In this document: positions 28,811 to 38,524 of the stretch, piece after piece | How positions within the stretch are numbered: position 1 is the stretch's first letter | Layout: each line of letters opens with the position of its first letter | Program-made: the position numbers and the translations under genes | Source of the DNA: Armatimonadota bacterium | GTDB lineage: Bacteria; Armatimonadota; SYMT01 | Length of the DNA stretch: 64,000 nucleotides | NCBI GenBank assembly: GCA_041690135.1 | Contig: JAWLHY010000002.1 | Coordinates: 976,342-1,040,341 of the forward strand | Reading direction: 5' to 3' | The notes under the pieces: model-generated | What the model was told of the DNA's origin: nothing | Databases searched by the model: none | The model's input: the letters and a program-made list of their open reading frames with translations, nothing else

Positions 28811-30262
28811 ATGAAGTTTACAAGAAGAGAACTGCTGGAAGACGCCCTGTTTGCAGCCACGCTGGCGGCGACAGGCGGCCTCGCTTCGCGCAGCGCTTGG
28901 GCTGCGGAGAGCAAGCCTTCGGGTCGCGTGATTGGCCCGAACGACCAGATTCGCGTGGCGGTGCTCGGCGTGAAGGGCCGGGGCCGCGACCATGTGGGTG
29001 GTTATCTGAAGTTTTCGGACGTGACCATCGCCACCATCTGCGACTGCGATCTCAGCGTGGTCGGTCCCGCCCTCGAGCAGATCAAGAAGGCCGGCAAGCC
29101 CGAGCCGCAGGTCGTGCAGGACCTGCGCAAGGTGATCGAGGACCCGAACATCGATGCGGTCTCGATCGCCACGCCCAACCACTGGCACTCGCTAGCGGCG
29201 ATCTGGGCGATGCAGGCCGGCAAGGACGTCTACGTCGAGAAGCCCGTTTCCCATAACGTTCACGAAGGCCGCGTGATGGTGGATACCGCCCGCAAGTACA
29301 AGCGGATCTGCCAGGCCGGCACCCAAATCCGCTCCACCCAGGGCACCAAGGACGCCATGGCGTTCCTGCACTCCGGGAAGCTGGGCAAGGTGAAGGTCGC
29401 GCGGGGTCTCTGCTACAAGCCGCGCAACAGCATCGGCATCAAGGAGCCGGGCATGTGCCCTTCCAGCGTCGATTTCGACATCTGGCTCGGCCCCGCTCCC
29501 AAGCGGATGTTCCACCAGAACCAGTTCCACTACAACTGGCACTGGCGCTGGGATACCGGCAACGGCGACCTCGGCAACCAGGGCATCCACCAGATGGACG
29601 TCGCCCGCTGGGGCCTGGGTAAGGACGGCCTGCCCACCAGCGTCATCGGGTTCGGCGGCCGCCTGGGCTACAAAGACGACGGCGAAACCCCGAACACCCA
29701 CGTCGCGGTCCTGGACTACGGCGATGCCCAGCTCATCTTCGAGACCCGCGGTCTCAAGACCAATGACTACAAGGGCGCCCGCATCGGCAACGTGTTCCAC
29801 TGCGAGAAGGGCTACCTGGTCATGACCGGCTACTCCGCCGGCGCCGCGTTCGACCTCGACGGCAACCTGATCCAGAAGTTCGACGGCGGCGGGGACCACT
29901 ACCGCAACTTCATCGACTGCATGCGCAGCCGGAAGTCGGAAGACCTCAACGGCGAGATCATCGAGGGCCACCTCTCCAGCGCGATGTGCCACCTGGGCAA
30001 CATCTCCTACCTGCTGGGCGAGCAGACCTCGTTCGGTCGCAAGCCGGCCGCCTTCGACGGCAACGAGGCCGCGCTCGAAACCTACGAGCGCTTCGAGCAG
30101 CACCTCGCGGACAACGGCGTGGATATGCAGCAGAGCCACTTCAGCATGGGGCCGAAGCTCAAGATCGATCCCAAGAAAGAGAAGTTCGTCGGCAACAAGC
30201 AGGCGAATGCGATGCTCTTCCGCGAGGGTCGGGAAGGGTTCCGCGTGCCGAAGAAGGCCTAG
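28811..30262 (+). CDS. Tat-exported Gfo/Idh/MocA oxidoreductase
   Basis: TRRELL Tat motif; IATPNHWH, KDVYVEKP, GNQGIHQMD. Confidence 0.93.
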   Translation: MKFTRRELLEDALFAATLAATGGLASRSAWAAESKPSGRVIGPNDQIRVAVLGVKGRGRDHVGGYLKFSDVTIATICDCDLSVVGPALEQIKKAGKPEPQVVQDLRKVIEDPNIDAVSIATPNHWHSLAAIWAMQAGKDVYVEKPVSHNVHEGRVMVDTARKYKRICQAGTQIRSTQGTKDAMAFLHSGKLGKVKVARGLCYKPRNSIGIKEPGMCPSSVDFDIWLGPAPKRMFHQNQFHYNWHWRWDTGNGDLGNQGIHQMDVARWGLGKDGLPTSVIGFGGRLGYKDDGETPNTHVAVLDYGDAQLIFETRGLKTNDYKGARIGNVFHCEKGYLVMTGYSAGAAFDLDGNLIQKFDGGGDHYRNFIDCMRSRKSEDLNGEIIEGHLSSAMCHLGNISYLLGEQTSFGRKPAAFDGNEAALETYERFEQHLADNGVDMQQSHFSMGPKLKIDPKKEKFVGNKQANAMLFREGREGFRVPKKA

Positions 30263-30275
30263 CGGTTTATTTTCC

Positions 30276-30331
30276 CTCCGCAGACACGGAAAGGCCCCGG
30301 CGGTTGCCGGGGCCTTTCCGTGTCTGCGGAG
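30276..30331. terminator. 26-bp perfect hairpin after the oxidoreductase
   Basis: CTCCGCAGACACGGAAAGGCCCCGGC-ggtt-GCCGGGGCCTTTCCGTGTCTGCGGAG. Confidence 0.65.
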
Positions 30332-30420
30332 TGGTGCCGCCAAAATGCCCTCACCCGAATAAGGAAGTCCCTCTTTCGGAGGCGAACAGAGGAAACGTCT
30401 TTTATCTCCTGGTAGAACCC

Positions 30421-31440
30421 ATGAAAAGAACTCTCCACTTCACGCTCCCCTGTCTTCTTCTCCTGGCGACCACCTTTTCGTTGGCCACTTCCCGGCCCGC
30501 CGCCGAGGCCGCTCCGCGGGCGAAGAAGATCCCCGTCATCCTCGATACCGACATCGGGGACGACATCGACGACACCTGGGCGCTCGGCCTCCTGCTCCGC
30601 TCGCCGGAACTGGATGTGAAGCTCGTCGTTAGCGACGACGGCAAGCCGCTCTACCGGTCGAAGCTGCTGGCCCGCTTCCTGGAAACCGCGAAGCGCACCG
30701 ACATCCCGGTCGGCGTGGGCATGGAGACCCACAAGAAGGGGGAGGGTGGCCAGGCCGGCTGGGTGCGCGACTACAACCTCAACCGGTACCCCGGCAAGGT
30801 CTACCCGGACGGCGTCCAGGCGCTGATTGACACGATCATGTCCTCGCGCGAGCCGATCACCGTCCTTGCCATCGGCCCTGTTCCCAACCTGGCCGCGGCG
30901 CTGCAGCGCGAGCCGCGGATCGCCCAGCGCGCCCGCTTCGTGGGGATGCACGGAAGTGTCCGCGTCGGCTACGGCGGCAGCAAAACCCCGCACGCGGAGT
31001 ACAACGTCAAGCAGGACGTGCCCGCCTGCCAGAAGGTGTTCGTCGCGCCCTGGGAGATGACCATCACCCCGCTCGACACCTGCGGCATCATAAATCTTGA
31101 AGGAGAACGCTACCAGCAGCTCCGCACCTCGAAAGACCCTGTCGCCGCGGCGATTGTGGAGAACTATCGCCTCTGGAGCGCCGCCCAGAAGCGCCAGCCG
31201 AACCAGGCCGACCCCTTCGAGACGCGCAGTAGCATCCTGTTCGACACGGTGGCCATCTACCTGGGCTACACGGACGAGTGGCTGAAGATGGAGCGTCTTC
31301 CCATCACCGTCACCGATGCGGGGATGACCGCCATCCAGCCCGGCGCCAAGGAGATGAACGTCGCCACCGAGTGGAAGAACCTGGACGCCTTCCGCGACCT
31401 CCTGGTGGAGCGCCTCACCCGCGCCGACCGTAAGCGGTAG
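30421..31440 (+). CDS. Secreted inosine/uridine-preferring nucleoside hydrolase family protein
   Basis: ILDTDIGDDIDD, IGPVPNLA, AEYN, PLD; signal peptide from ATG 30421. Confidence 0.88.
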   Translation: MKRTLHFTLPCLLLLATTFSLATSRPAAEAAPRAKKIPVILDTDIGDDIDDTWALGLLLRSPELDVKLVVSDDGKPLYRSKLLARFLETAKRTDIPVGVGMETHKKGEGGQAGWVRDYNLNRYPGKVYPDGVQALIDTIMSSREPITVLAIGPVPNLAAALQREPRIAQRARFVGMHGSVRVGYGGSKTPHAEYNVKQDVPACQKVFVAPWEMTITPLDTCGIINLEGERYQQLRTSKDPVAAAIVENYRLWSAAQKRQPNQADPFETRSSILFDTVAIYLGYTDEWLKMERLPITVTDAGMTAIQPGAKEMNVATEWKNLDAFRDLLVERLTRADRKR

Positions 31441-31445
31441 AGCCG

Positions 31446-32885
31446 ATGAAGTCGAACCGGGAAAACCTTGGGCGGGTGCTGGCGGGCCTCCTGGCGGTGG
31501 CTCTTGTTATGGCCGCGAGTGGGCGGGCTCCGGCCTCCGCCGCGGAGCGCCCGCCCAACATCATCCTGGTCTTCGTCGACAACCTCGGTTACGGCGACAT
31601 CGGCCCCTTCGGCTCGACCCTTCACCGCACGCCCCATCTCGACCGGATGGCTGCCGAGGGCATGAAGCTCACCCACTTCTACGTGAGCTCCGGGGTCTGC
31701 ACCCCCAGCCGTGCCAGCCTGATGACCGGCTGCTACCCCCGGCGGGTCAACATGCACGAGTCGGTGCTGCGGCCCATCGCGGAGCGGGGACTCCAGCCGG
31801 ACGAGATCACGGTGGCGGAGGTGCTGAAGGGCGCCGGCTACGCGACCGGGATCTTCGGGAAATGGCACCTCGGCGACCAGCCGGAGTTCCTGCCCACGCG
31901 GCAGGGCTTCGACGAGTACTTCGGCATCCCCTACAGCGACGACATGGTCCACACGCACCCCCGGGGCCGGGAACTGGGCTGGCCGCCGCTGCCGTTGCTG
32001 CGGAACGAGCGCGTGATCGAGGCCCCGGCGGAGCGCAATACGCTCGTGAAACGGTGCACGGAGGAGGCGGTCGACTTCATTCGCCGGAGCAAGGGCCGGC
32101 CGTTTTTCCTCTACCTGCCCCACACGATGCCCGGCTCGACCCAAGCGCCCTTTGCGAGCGATGCCTTCCGCGGTAAGTCGGCCAACGGTCCGTATGGAGA
32201 TGCGGTCGAGGAGCTGGACTGGTCCGTGGGCCGGATCCAGGCCGTGCTGAAGGAACTGGGCCTGGACGAGCGCACCCTCGTGATCTGGACCTCGGATAAC
32301 GGCGCGCCGCCACGGACGCGCGGCTCCAACCTCCCGCTCGGTGGCTCGGGTTACACCACTGCGGAAGGCGGAATGCGCACGCCCTGCCTCGCGCGCTGGC
32401 CGGGCAAGATTCCGGCGAGGAGCACCTGCGCCGAACTGGCCACCACGATGGATCTCTATGTCACCTTCGCCCGTCTCGCCGGCGCGCGCCCGCCGCAGGA
32501 CCGCAGCATCGACGGGCTGGACATCCGCCCTCTGCTGTTTGCGGAGCCGGGCGCCCGTTCGCCCCACGTCGCCTTCTACTACTACGCGGGAGAACAGCTT
32601 CAGGCGGTTCGCTCCGGCCCCTGGAAGCTTTACCTCCCGGTGAAGCGGTTTGCCGGCCGTCCGCCCAATCCGGCCCTGGCGCCCGGCCGCGCCGCCCTGT
32701 ACGACGTGGTCCGCGACCCCGCCGAGGCACGGGATCTGGCCGCGGAGCATCCGCAGGCGGTCCGCATGCTGGATGCCCTGGCCGAAGCCGCCCGCGAGGA
32801 CCTCGGAGATCAGGATCGTCCCGGAAAGAACCAGCGCCCCGCCGGTCACGTCGCGAGCCCGAAGCCTCTCATAAGGCGCCCTTGA
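31446..32885 (+). CDS. Arylsulfatase (Cys-type S1)
   Basis: CTPSRASLMTG, GKWHLG, WTSDNG, EGGMR. Confidence 0.95.
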   Translation: MKSNRENLGRVLAGLLAVALVMAASGRAPASAAERPPNIILVFVDNLGYGDIGPFGSTLHRTPHLDRMAAEGMKLTHFYVSSGVCTPSRASLMTGCYPRRVNMHESVLRPIAERGLQPDEITVAEVLKGAGYATGIFGKWHLGDQPEFLPTRQGFDEYFGIPYSDDMVHTHPRGRELGWPPLPLLRNERVIEAPAERNTLVKRCTEEAVDFIRRSKGRPFFLYLPHTMPGSTQAPFASDAFRGKSANGPYGDAVEELDWSVGRIQAVLKELGLDERTLVIWTSDNGAPPRTRGSNLPLGGSGYTTAEGGMRTPCLARWPGKIPARSTCAELATTMDLYVTFARLAGARPPQDRSIDGLDIRPLLFAEPGARSPHVAFYYYAGEQLQAVRSGPWKLYLPVKRFAGRPPNPALAPGRAALYDVVRDPAEARDLAAEHPQAVRMLDALAEAAREDLGDQDRPGKNQRPAGHVASPKPLIRRP

Positions 32886-32897
32886 TTGCCCCGGCCC

Positions 32898-33749
32898 TTA
32901 CGGGCCGATAGGATTTCCGCTGCCGCCCTGGCTGAACAGCAACGGCGGAGGGGTCTTCACCTCCAGGGTGCGAGCGGGACCGTTCCACTTTACCTGCCAG
33001 TTGAATTTGCGGGCCACTCTACCAAACGGCACCCACCACCCATGCTCCTGCAAGCGGGCACCGCACTCTTGTGCTGCAAACCGGTACTTGCCGAAGCGTA
33101 GCGTGGGATTCCGGGGAAGGCCGAAAACCCTCACCCTCTGATCGCGGAGCAACTCGATGCGCACCCACACCTCCCGATCTCGTAGGGTCGGTGGCTCAAA
33201 AGCCCATAGTCCCATCGTGGGGTAACCGATCGACACGGTGGGAACCGGTGGCGGCGCCAGTAGTTGCTGCGTCGCCTGGGCTTGTTCCCAGAGAGGAACG
33301 CGCCAGGCGGCGACAAAGCCGTCTCGCGGAATTCGACCGTTCCCGTGTGCCTCCTGGCCGCTCATTGCCTCGACACTCACAGTGGAGACTTCCGGTTCAC
33401 CATCGGCATCGGCTCCGCTGTAGACCTGATGCAGTTGCCAGCTGACGCCCAGCACACCGAGCGTGTCTTCTCCCAACTGTGGATAGCAGGTTTCGAACGG
33501 CACCACTGCCGGGTCATGACAGGCGTGCGGTCCTGCGATTCGCTTCGCTTGCGTCAGCGTTACCCGCGGCACGAGAGGACCATGGAAGCGATCGGCTGGG
33601 ATCGAGCAGTGGTCGATGCGGCCACTCTCTCGGTCCAACGAAATCCGAAGATTGTTCTTTTCTCTTCTCTCCGCAACATCGGCCCGACCGCTCCATCCTG
33701 AGCATCCTGTCATCCTGTTCCCTCGGGTTCTCGTGCTCTCTTCGGCCAC
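32898..33749 (-). CDS. Hypothetical protein with C-terminal copper-amine-oxidase N-terminal/stalk-like domain; start uncertain
   Basis: C-terminus WVPFGRVARKFNWQVKWNGPARTLEV resembles a stalk domain. The 5' part runs through repeat tracts, so the gene may be shorter or degraded. Confidence 0.4.
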   Translation of the reverse strand: MAEESTRTRGNRMTGCSGWSGRADVAERREKNNLRISLDRESGRIDHCSIPADRFHGPLVPRVTLTQAKRIAGPHACHDPAVVPFETCYPQLGEDTLGVLGVSWQLHQVYSGADADGEPEVSTVSVEAMSGQEAHGNGRIPRDGFVAAWRVPLWEQAQATQQLLAPPPVPTVSIGYPTMGLWAFEPPTLRDREVWVRIELLRDQRVRVFGLPRNPTLRFGKYRFAAQECGARLQEHGWWVPFGRVARKFNWQVKWNGPARTLEVKTPPPLLFSQGGSGNPIGP

Positions 33750-34067
33750 CGACTGGCGGCGCGGTTCGGCTCAAGTTGACAGGGCCGCGAGCAACGTCTC
33801 AAAATAGACAGGCTCGGTGGGCCTTTTCAGGCACCCTCACCGGGCCTGTTCCATTTGAGGAGAAACTCGCATGGGGATTTGAAACTGCGAGCCAGGGAAA
33901 ATGCCGCCTCCGAGCCTGCGAACGGCACCCTCCCTCGCCGCCAGGACCCGGAGCCAGCCGCCGCGTCAGCCGTGAGCCACGCCTCCGGCGCGCCGATCGT
34001 GCCCAGCGTCCCCGAAGGGGACCCCACTCTTGCGTCCACGACCGCATCCCGACCGCCGACGAAGACC

Positions 34068-36899
34068 ATGAACTACCGCGACACCCTGAATCTGCCGAAA
34101 GACACTCTCCCGATGAAGGCGAACCTGCCGCAGCGGGAACCCGAATTCCAGCGGTTCTGGGAAGAGGCCGACGTCTACCGGAAATCCGTTGAGAAAGAGG
34201 CGCCCCAGGGGCTCTTCATCCTGCACGATGGGCCGCCGTACTCCAACGGCGACATCCACATGGGGCACGCCCTCAACAAGATCCTGAAAGACTTCATCAC
34301 CCGGCACCGCACGATGCAGGGGTTCAGCTCCCCGTATATCCCCGGCTGGGATAACCACGGCATGCCGATCGAGTACGCCGTGTCGCAGGCGGCGCGGGAG
34401 AAGAAGGAAGTCCTGGACCGGGTCGAGCTGCGGACGCGGTGCCGCGACTACGCGCGCAAGTACGTCGATATCCAGCGGGAGCAGTTCAAGCGCCTGGGCA
34501 TCCGGGGGGATTGGGACCGTCCCTATCTCACCATGTCGCACGACTTCGAGTCCCGCATCGTCGAGGTCTTCGCGGAGCTGGCGCTCAAGGGCTACATCTA
34601 TCGCGGCTTGAAGCCGATCCTCTGGTGCCCTTACGATGAAACGGCACTGGCGGAAGCCGAGGTCGAGTACGCGGAGAAGAAGTCGACCTCCATCTACGTC
34701 CGCTTCCCGCTCGCGCAGGACCCGAAGGGCGTGATGCCGGCGGGGGAAGCGAACTACACGATCATCTGGACGACAACTCCCTGGACGATCCCCGCGAACC
34801 TGGCGGTGGCGTACCACCCGGCGCTGGAGTATGTGGTCGTGCGCGCTACTCCCGCGGAGGGCGAAGCGGCGAACTACCTGCTGGCCGAGGGGCTGCTGCA
34901 GGCGACGATGGCGGCGGCCGGCATCACCGACTACGAGGTGGTGTCGCGCCACACCGGGCTGGAACTGGAGGGCATGGTCTTCCGGCATCCGTTGCACGCG
35001 CTGGACGCCACCTTCGACCGGTCGGCGCCGGTGGTGCTGGCCGACTACGTAACCCTGGACGCGGGCACCGGCGTGGTCCACACCGCTCCCGGCCATGGCG
35101 AAGAGGACTTCCGCACCGGTCAGAAGTACGGCCTACCCGTGCTTTGCCCGGTGGATGAGGAGGGGCGGTTCACGGCGGAAGCGGGGCCGTTCCAGGGACT
35201 CGCGGTCCGACCGGGCGATGCCGATATCGCGGTCCTCAAGGCGCTGGCGCAGCAGGGGAACCTCCTGAACAAGGAGTCCTACAAGCACAACTACCCGCAC
35301 TGCTGGCGCTGCCACGGTCCGCTGATCTTCCGGACCACCGTCCAGTGGTTCATGAACATCGACCACGCGCTGCCCAGCGGCGAAACGCACCGGCAACGGA
35401 TGCTGTGTGCGATCCGTGATACGCAGTGGGTTCCCGCAGAGAGCGTCAACCGGATCGAGGCGATGGCGGGCGGTCGTCCGGACTGGTGCCTCTCCCGGCA
35501 GCGGGCGTGGGGGGTCGGGATCCCGATCTTCTACTGCGGAAGCTGCAACGAGGCGATCCACACCCGCGAGAGCCTGGATGCCGCCATCCAACTCGTGCGC
35601 GAGCAGAGCGCGGACGCCTGGTTCACCGTGCCCGCGGCGGAGATCCTGCCGGAAGGCTTCCGGTGCCCGCACTGCAGCGCGGAGGGTCCGTTCACCAAGG
35701 AAACGGACGTGCTCGACGTGTGGTTCGACTCCGGCTCCACCTGGAACGCCGTGCTGGAAAGTGGCCAGTGGCCCGAGCTGCGGTTCCCGGCGGACGTCTA
35801 CCTGGAAGGGTCGGACCAGCACCGCGGGTGGTTTAACAGCTCGCTCACGGTCTGCACCGGGGTCAAGGGCGTGGCGCCGTACCGGACGGTTATCAGCCAC
35901 GGCTTCGCGCTCGACGCCAACGGTGTGAAGATGTCGAAGAGCCGGAAGAACGTAGTCGACCCCCTCGCGGAGATCGAGAAGGGCGGCGCCGACATCCTTC
36001 GGCTCTGGGTGGCCAGTGTCGACTACTTCGACGACGTGCGCATCGGCGGCCCCATCCTGGAGCACGTGCGGAACGTCTTCCTGCGCGTGCGGAACACCCT
36101 GCGGTTCCTGGCCGGCAATCTCGCCGACTTCGACCCGAACCAGCACTGGGTTGAAGAGGGGGATCGCCTGGAGATCGACCGCTGGGCGCTGCATCGCCTG
36201 CACGAAGTGCTGGCGAATTGCAACCGCGCCTACGACGAGTTCGTGTACCACGACGTGTTCCACGAGGTGCAGAACTTCTGCGCGGTGGACCTCGGGGCGT
36301 TCTACCTCGACGTGCTCAAGGACCGCCTCTACTGTTCACGCGCCGATTGGCTGCAGCGGCGCAGCGCTCAGTCCACGCTCTACCAGATCGCGGACCACCT
36401 GGCGCGCCTGCTGGCGCCGATTCTGGTCCACGTGTCGGAAGAGGTGTGGCAGGCCCTGCCCGGCGCCCGCGCCCGCTACGAAAGCGTGCACCTGGCCCCG
36501 TTCCCGGATGCCCACGGGCTCTGGAAGAACGAGGAGCTGGGCCGCAAGTGGGAGCGCCTGCGCGAGGTCCGCGACCGGGTGAACGCCGCCATCGAACCGT
36601 TGAAGCCGAAGACGAAGAACGACCCGAACTTCGTCCTGAAGACCAGCCTGGAGGCATCGGTCACGCTCACGGCCGGACCCGACTGGGCGCCGCTGCTGGA
36701 AGCCTACCGGGACGAGCTTCCAACCGTGCTCATGGTTCCCGTGGTGCAGTTGGAAAGCCGGAACGAAGCCGGGTTGGAAGTCCGCGTAGAGAAGCAGCCG
36801 GGACCGCGCTGCGAGCGCTGCTGGCTCGTGCTCCCCACTGTGGGCCAGGACCCGGACCAGCCGGACCTCTGCGCCCGCTGCGCCGAAGCCATCGCCTGA
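34068..36899 (+). CDS. ileS: Isoleucyl-tRNA synthetase (type 1)
   Basis: MNYRDTLNLP, HDGPPY..G.IHMGH, WTTTPWTIPAN, DWCLSRQR, EGSDQHRGWF, KMSKS, C-terminal CERC...CARC zinc finger. Confidence 0.98.
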   Translation: MNYRDTLNLPKDTLPMKANLPQREPEFQRFWEEADVYRKSVEKEAPQGLFILHDGPPYSNGDIHMGHALNKILKDFITRHRTMQGFSSPYIPGWDNHGMPIEYAVSQAAREKKEVLDRVELRTRCRDYARKYVDIQREQFKRLGIRGDWDRPYLTMSHDFESRIVEVFAELALKGYIYRGLKPILWCPYDETALAEAEVEYAEKKSTSIYVRFPLAQDPKGVMPAGEANYTIIWTTTPWTIPANLAVAYHPALEYVVVRATPAEGEAANYLLAEGLLQATMAAAGITDYEVVSRHTGLELEGMVFRHPLHALDATFDRSAPVVLADYVTLDAGTGVVHTAPGHGEEDFRTGQKYGLPVLCPVDEEGRFTAEAGPFQGLAVRPGDADIAVLKALAQQGNLLNKESYKHNYPHCWRCHGPLIFRTTVQWFMNIDHALPSGETHRQRMLCAIRDTQWVPAESVNRIEAMAGGRPDWCLSRQRAWGVGIPIFYCGSCNEAIHTRESLDAAIQLVREQSADAWFTVPAAEILPEGFRCPHCSAEGPFTKETDVLDVWFDSGSTWNAVLESGQWPELRFPADVYLEGSDQHRGWFNSSLTVCTGVKGVAPYRTVISHGFALDANGVKMSKSRKNVVDPLAEIEKGGADILRLWVASVDYFDDVRIGGPILEHVRNVFLRVRNTLRFLAGNLADFDPNQHWVEEGDRLEIDRWALHRLHEVLANCNRAYDEFVYHDVFHEVQNFCAVDLGAFYLDVLKDRLYCSRADWLQRRSAQSTLYQIADHLARLLAPILVHVSEEVWQALPGARARYESVHLAPFPDAHGLWKNEELGRKWERLREVRDRVNAAIEPLKPKTKNDPNFVLKTSLEASVTLTAGPDWAPLLEAYRDELPTVLMVPVVQLESRNEAGLEVRVEKQPGPRCERCWLVLPTVGQDPDQPDLCARCAEAIA

Positions 36900-36930
36900 T
36901 CGGCGGTCCACCACCGGCAAACGCCCAACG

Positions 36931-36985
36931 AAGGCGCCCGCCCTTGCCCCTGTTCACAGGAGTGGGGTGGGCGCCTTTCCTCTCG
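36931..36985 (+). terminator. Intrinsic terminator after ileS
   Basis: AAGGCGCCCGCCC...GGGTGGGCGCCTT followed by a pyrimidine tract. Confidence 0.6.
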
Positions 36986-37402
36986 TCTTCGGCTTCGTGC
37001 GCCGGATATCGGAGCAAAGTGTGGTTGAGGGGCCACAAGACCGGGCCCTGGTTAGCAAGGTCCTGGGTCGGAGCGATGCCAGGGGGTTGTTCCGGCCGTC
37101 GAGACCGATGCCGTGCCCAGAGCCCGGCCGGGGCGGAGATTCGGCCCTACATTTGACGGCGTCACAGCGCGTGCGTATGGACACGACGTTCTCCATGGCC
37201 TCGCGACTGCACCGCCGATGCCCTATTGGCGGCGCCTGTTGCTGTCACGGGATTCTGGTATAACCTTGCAGAGGATCGGACACCGGTGTGGAGTTGTTGA
37301 ACGCAGTTCGCTCCCCAAACCGGCACCGGGTGAGACTAACCGGATGGGTCCCGCAGAAGCACACTTTCAAGCGACGAACCGTTTGTCCAGAGGGATTCGC
37401 TC

Positions 37403-37975
37403 ATGAGCGCAGCCGTAGCCCTGGAGCCGATTTACACCCCTGAAGACCTGCTAGCCCTGCCCGATAGTGGCAAAGGGTACGAGCTGGTGGACGGGAAGCT
37501 GGTGGAGAAGAAGATGGGTGCGTTTGCAAGCTGGGTGGCTGCACAGATCAGTTATCTACTGGTCACGTACGGTCAGAACCACGGTCACGGTTGGGTTCTG
37601 GGCTCGGAGGGCAGCTACCAGTGCTTTCCGGATGCTCCTCGGAAGGTCCGGAAGCCGGATGTCTCCTTCATCCGCCGTGGTCGCCTGGAAGGGGAGCGCA
37701 TCCCGGACGGGCATGTCCTCATCGCGCCCGACCTCGCGGTGGAGGTCGTCTCACCGAACGACACGGCTTACGAAGTGGACGTCAAGGTCCAGGAGTATCT
37801 CGCCGCCGGCGTGCCGTTGGTGTGGGTCGTGAACCCCGCCACCTGCAGCGTCCACGTGTACCGCACCGATGGTTCCGTAGAGAGACTCGGGGAAGAGGCC
37901 GAGCTCACCGCCCCCGACCTCATTGCCGAGCTGCGCGTCAGGGTCGCGGACCTCTTCACCCTGGCTCCCCGCTAA
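37403..37975 (+). CDS. Uma2 family endonuclease (DUF820)
   Basis: YELVDGKLVE, RKPDVSFI, APDLAVEVVSP, K..EYL.AGV.LVWVVNP. Confidence 0.93.
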   Translation: MSAAVALEPIYTPEDLLALPDSGKGYELVDGKLVEKKMGAFASWVAAQISYLLVTYGQNHGHGWVLGSEGSYQCFPDAPRKVRKPDVSFIRRGRLEGERIPDGHVLIAPDLAVEVVSPNDTAYEVDVKVQEYLAAGVPLVWVVNPATCSVHVYRTDGSVERLGEEAELTAPDLIAELRVRVADLFTLAPR

Positions 37976-38121
37976 GAATACGCCCCTCCTTATCCTCATC
38001 ATAATCCGGACGGCGTCTATCCCCTCTCCCCCCGGGGTATATCGTGCTAAGCAACTCGACCGCCGCTGGCGGCGGCCGGTACTACCCGGCAGATAACCCC
38101 GCAAGATGGGAGCAAATAGAT

Positions 38122-38517
38122 ATGGCAACCGCAACGCAGCGTACGGACCTCGATCTCGATCACTTCCGGGAGTTGTTGTCCGAAGAACGAGCGCGGCTCG
38201 AGGACGACCTGGCGAAGTTGAATGCGATGGAAGAGTCGGGTGGGCCGCGAGGGGAGACCGCAACCGAGCTCGCGGATTATGACCAGCACATGGCCGACCA
38301 GGCGACGGAGACCTTCCTACGGGAGCAGGACCAGGCGATCCACCTGGGCTTGCGTAACTCACTCGACCAGGTGAACCGGGCCTGGGCCAAGCTGGAACGG
38401 GGCACCTATGGTATCTGCGAGCGCTGCGGCGCGCACATCAAGGAAGAGCGGCTGGAGTTTGTTCCGCACGCGATCTACTGCATGGATTGCGCCAGCGATA
38501 TCGAAGCCCGCTTTTGA
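38122..38517 (+). CDS. TraR/DksA C4 zinc-finger protein (YteA-like)
   Basis: ELADYDQHMAD, GTYGICERCG..I..ERL..VP.A.YCMDC. Confidence 0.92.
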   Translation: MATATQRTDLDLDHFRELLSEERARLEDDLAKLNAMEESGGPRGETATELADYDQHMADQATETFLREQDQAIHLGLRNSLDQVNRAWAKLERGTYGICERCGAHIKEERLEFVPHAIYCMDCASDIEARF

Positions 38518-38524
38518 ACCCGAA

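Noticed and set aside
33750-34067. T-box riboswitch or long N-terminal extension of ileS (ORF start 33855)
   Set aside because: No GGTGGnACC T-box sequence is visible, and conserved IleRS sequence begins at MNYRDTLNLP (34068).
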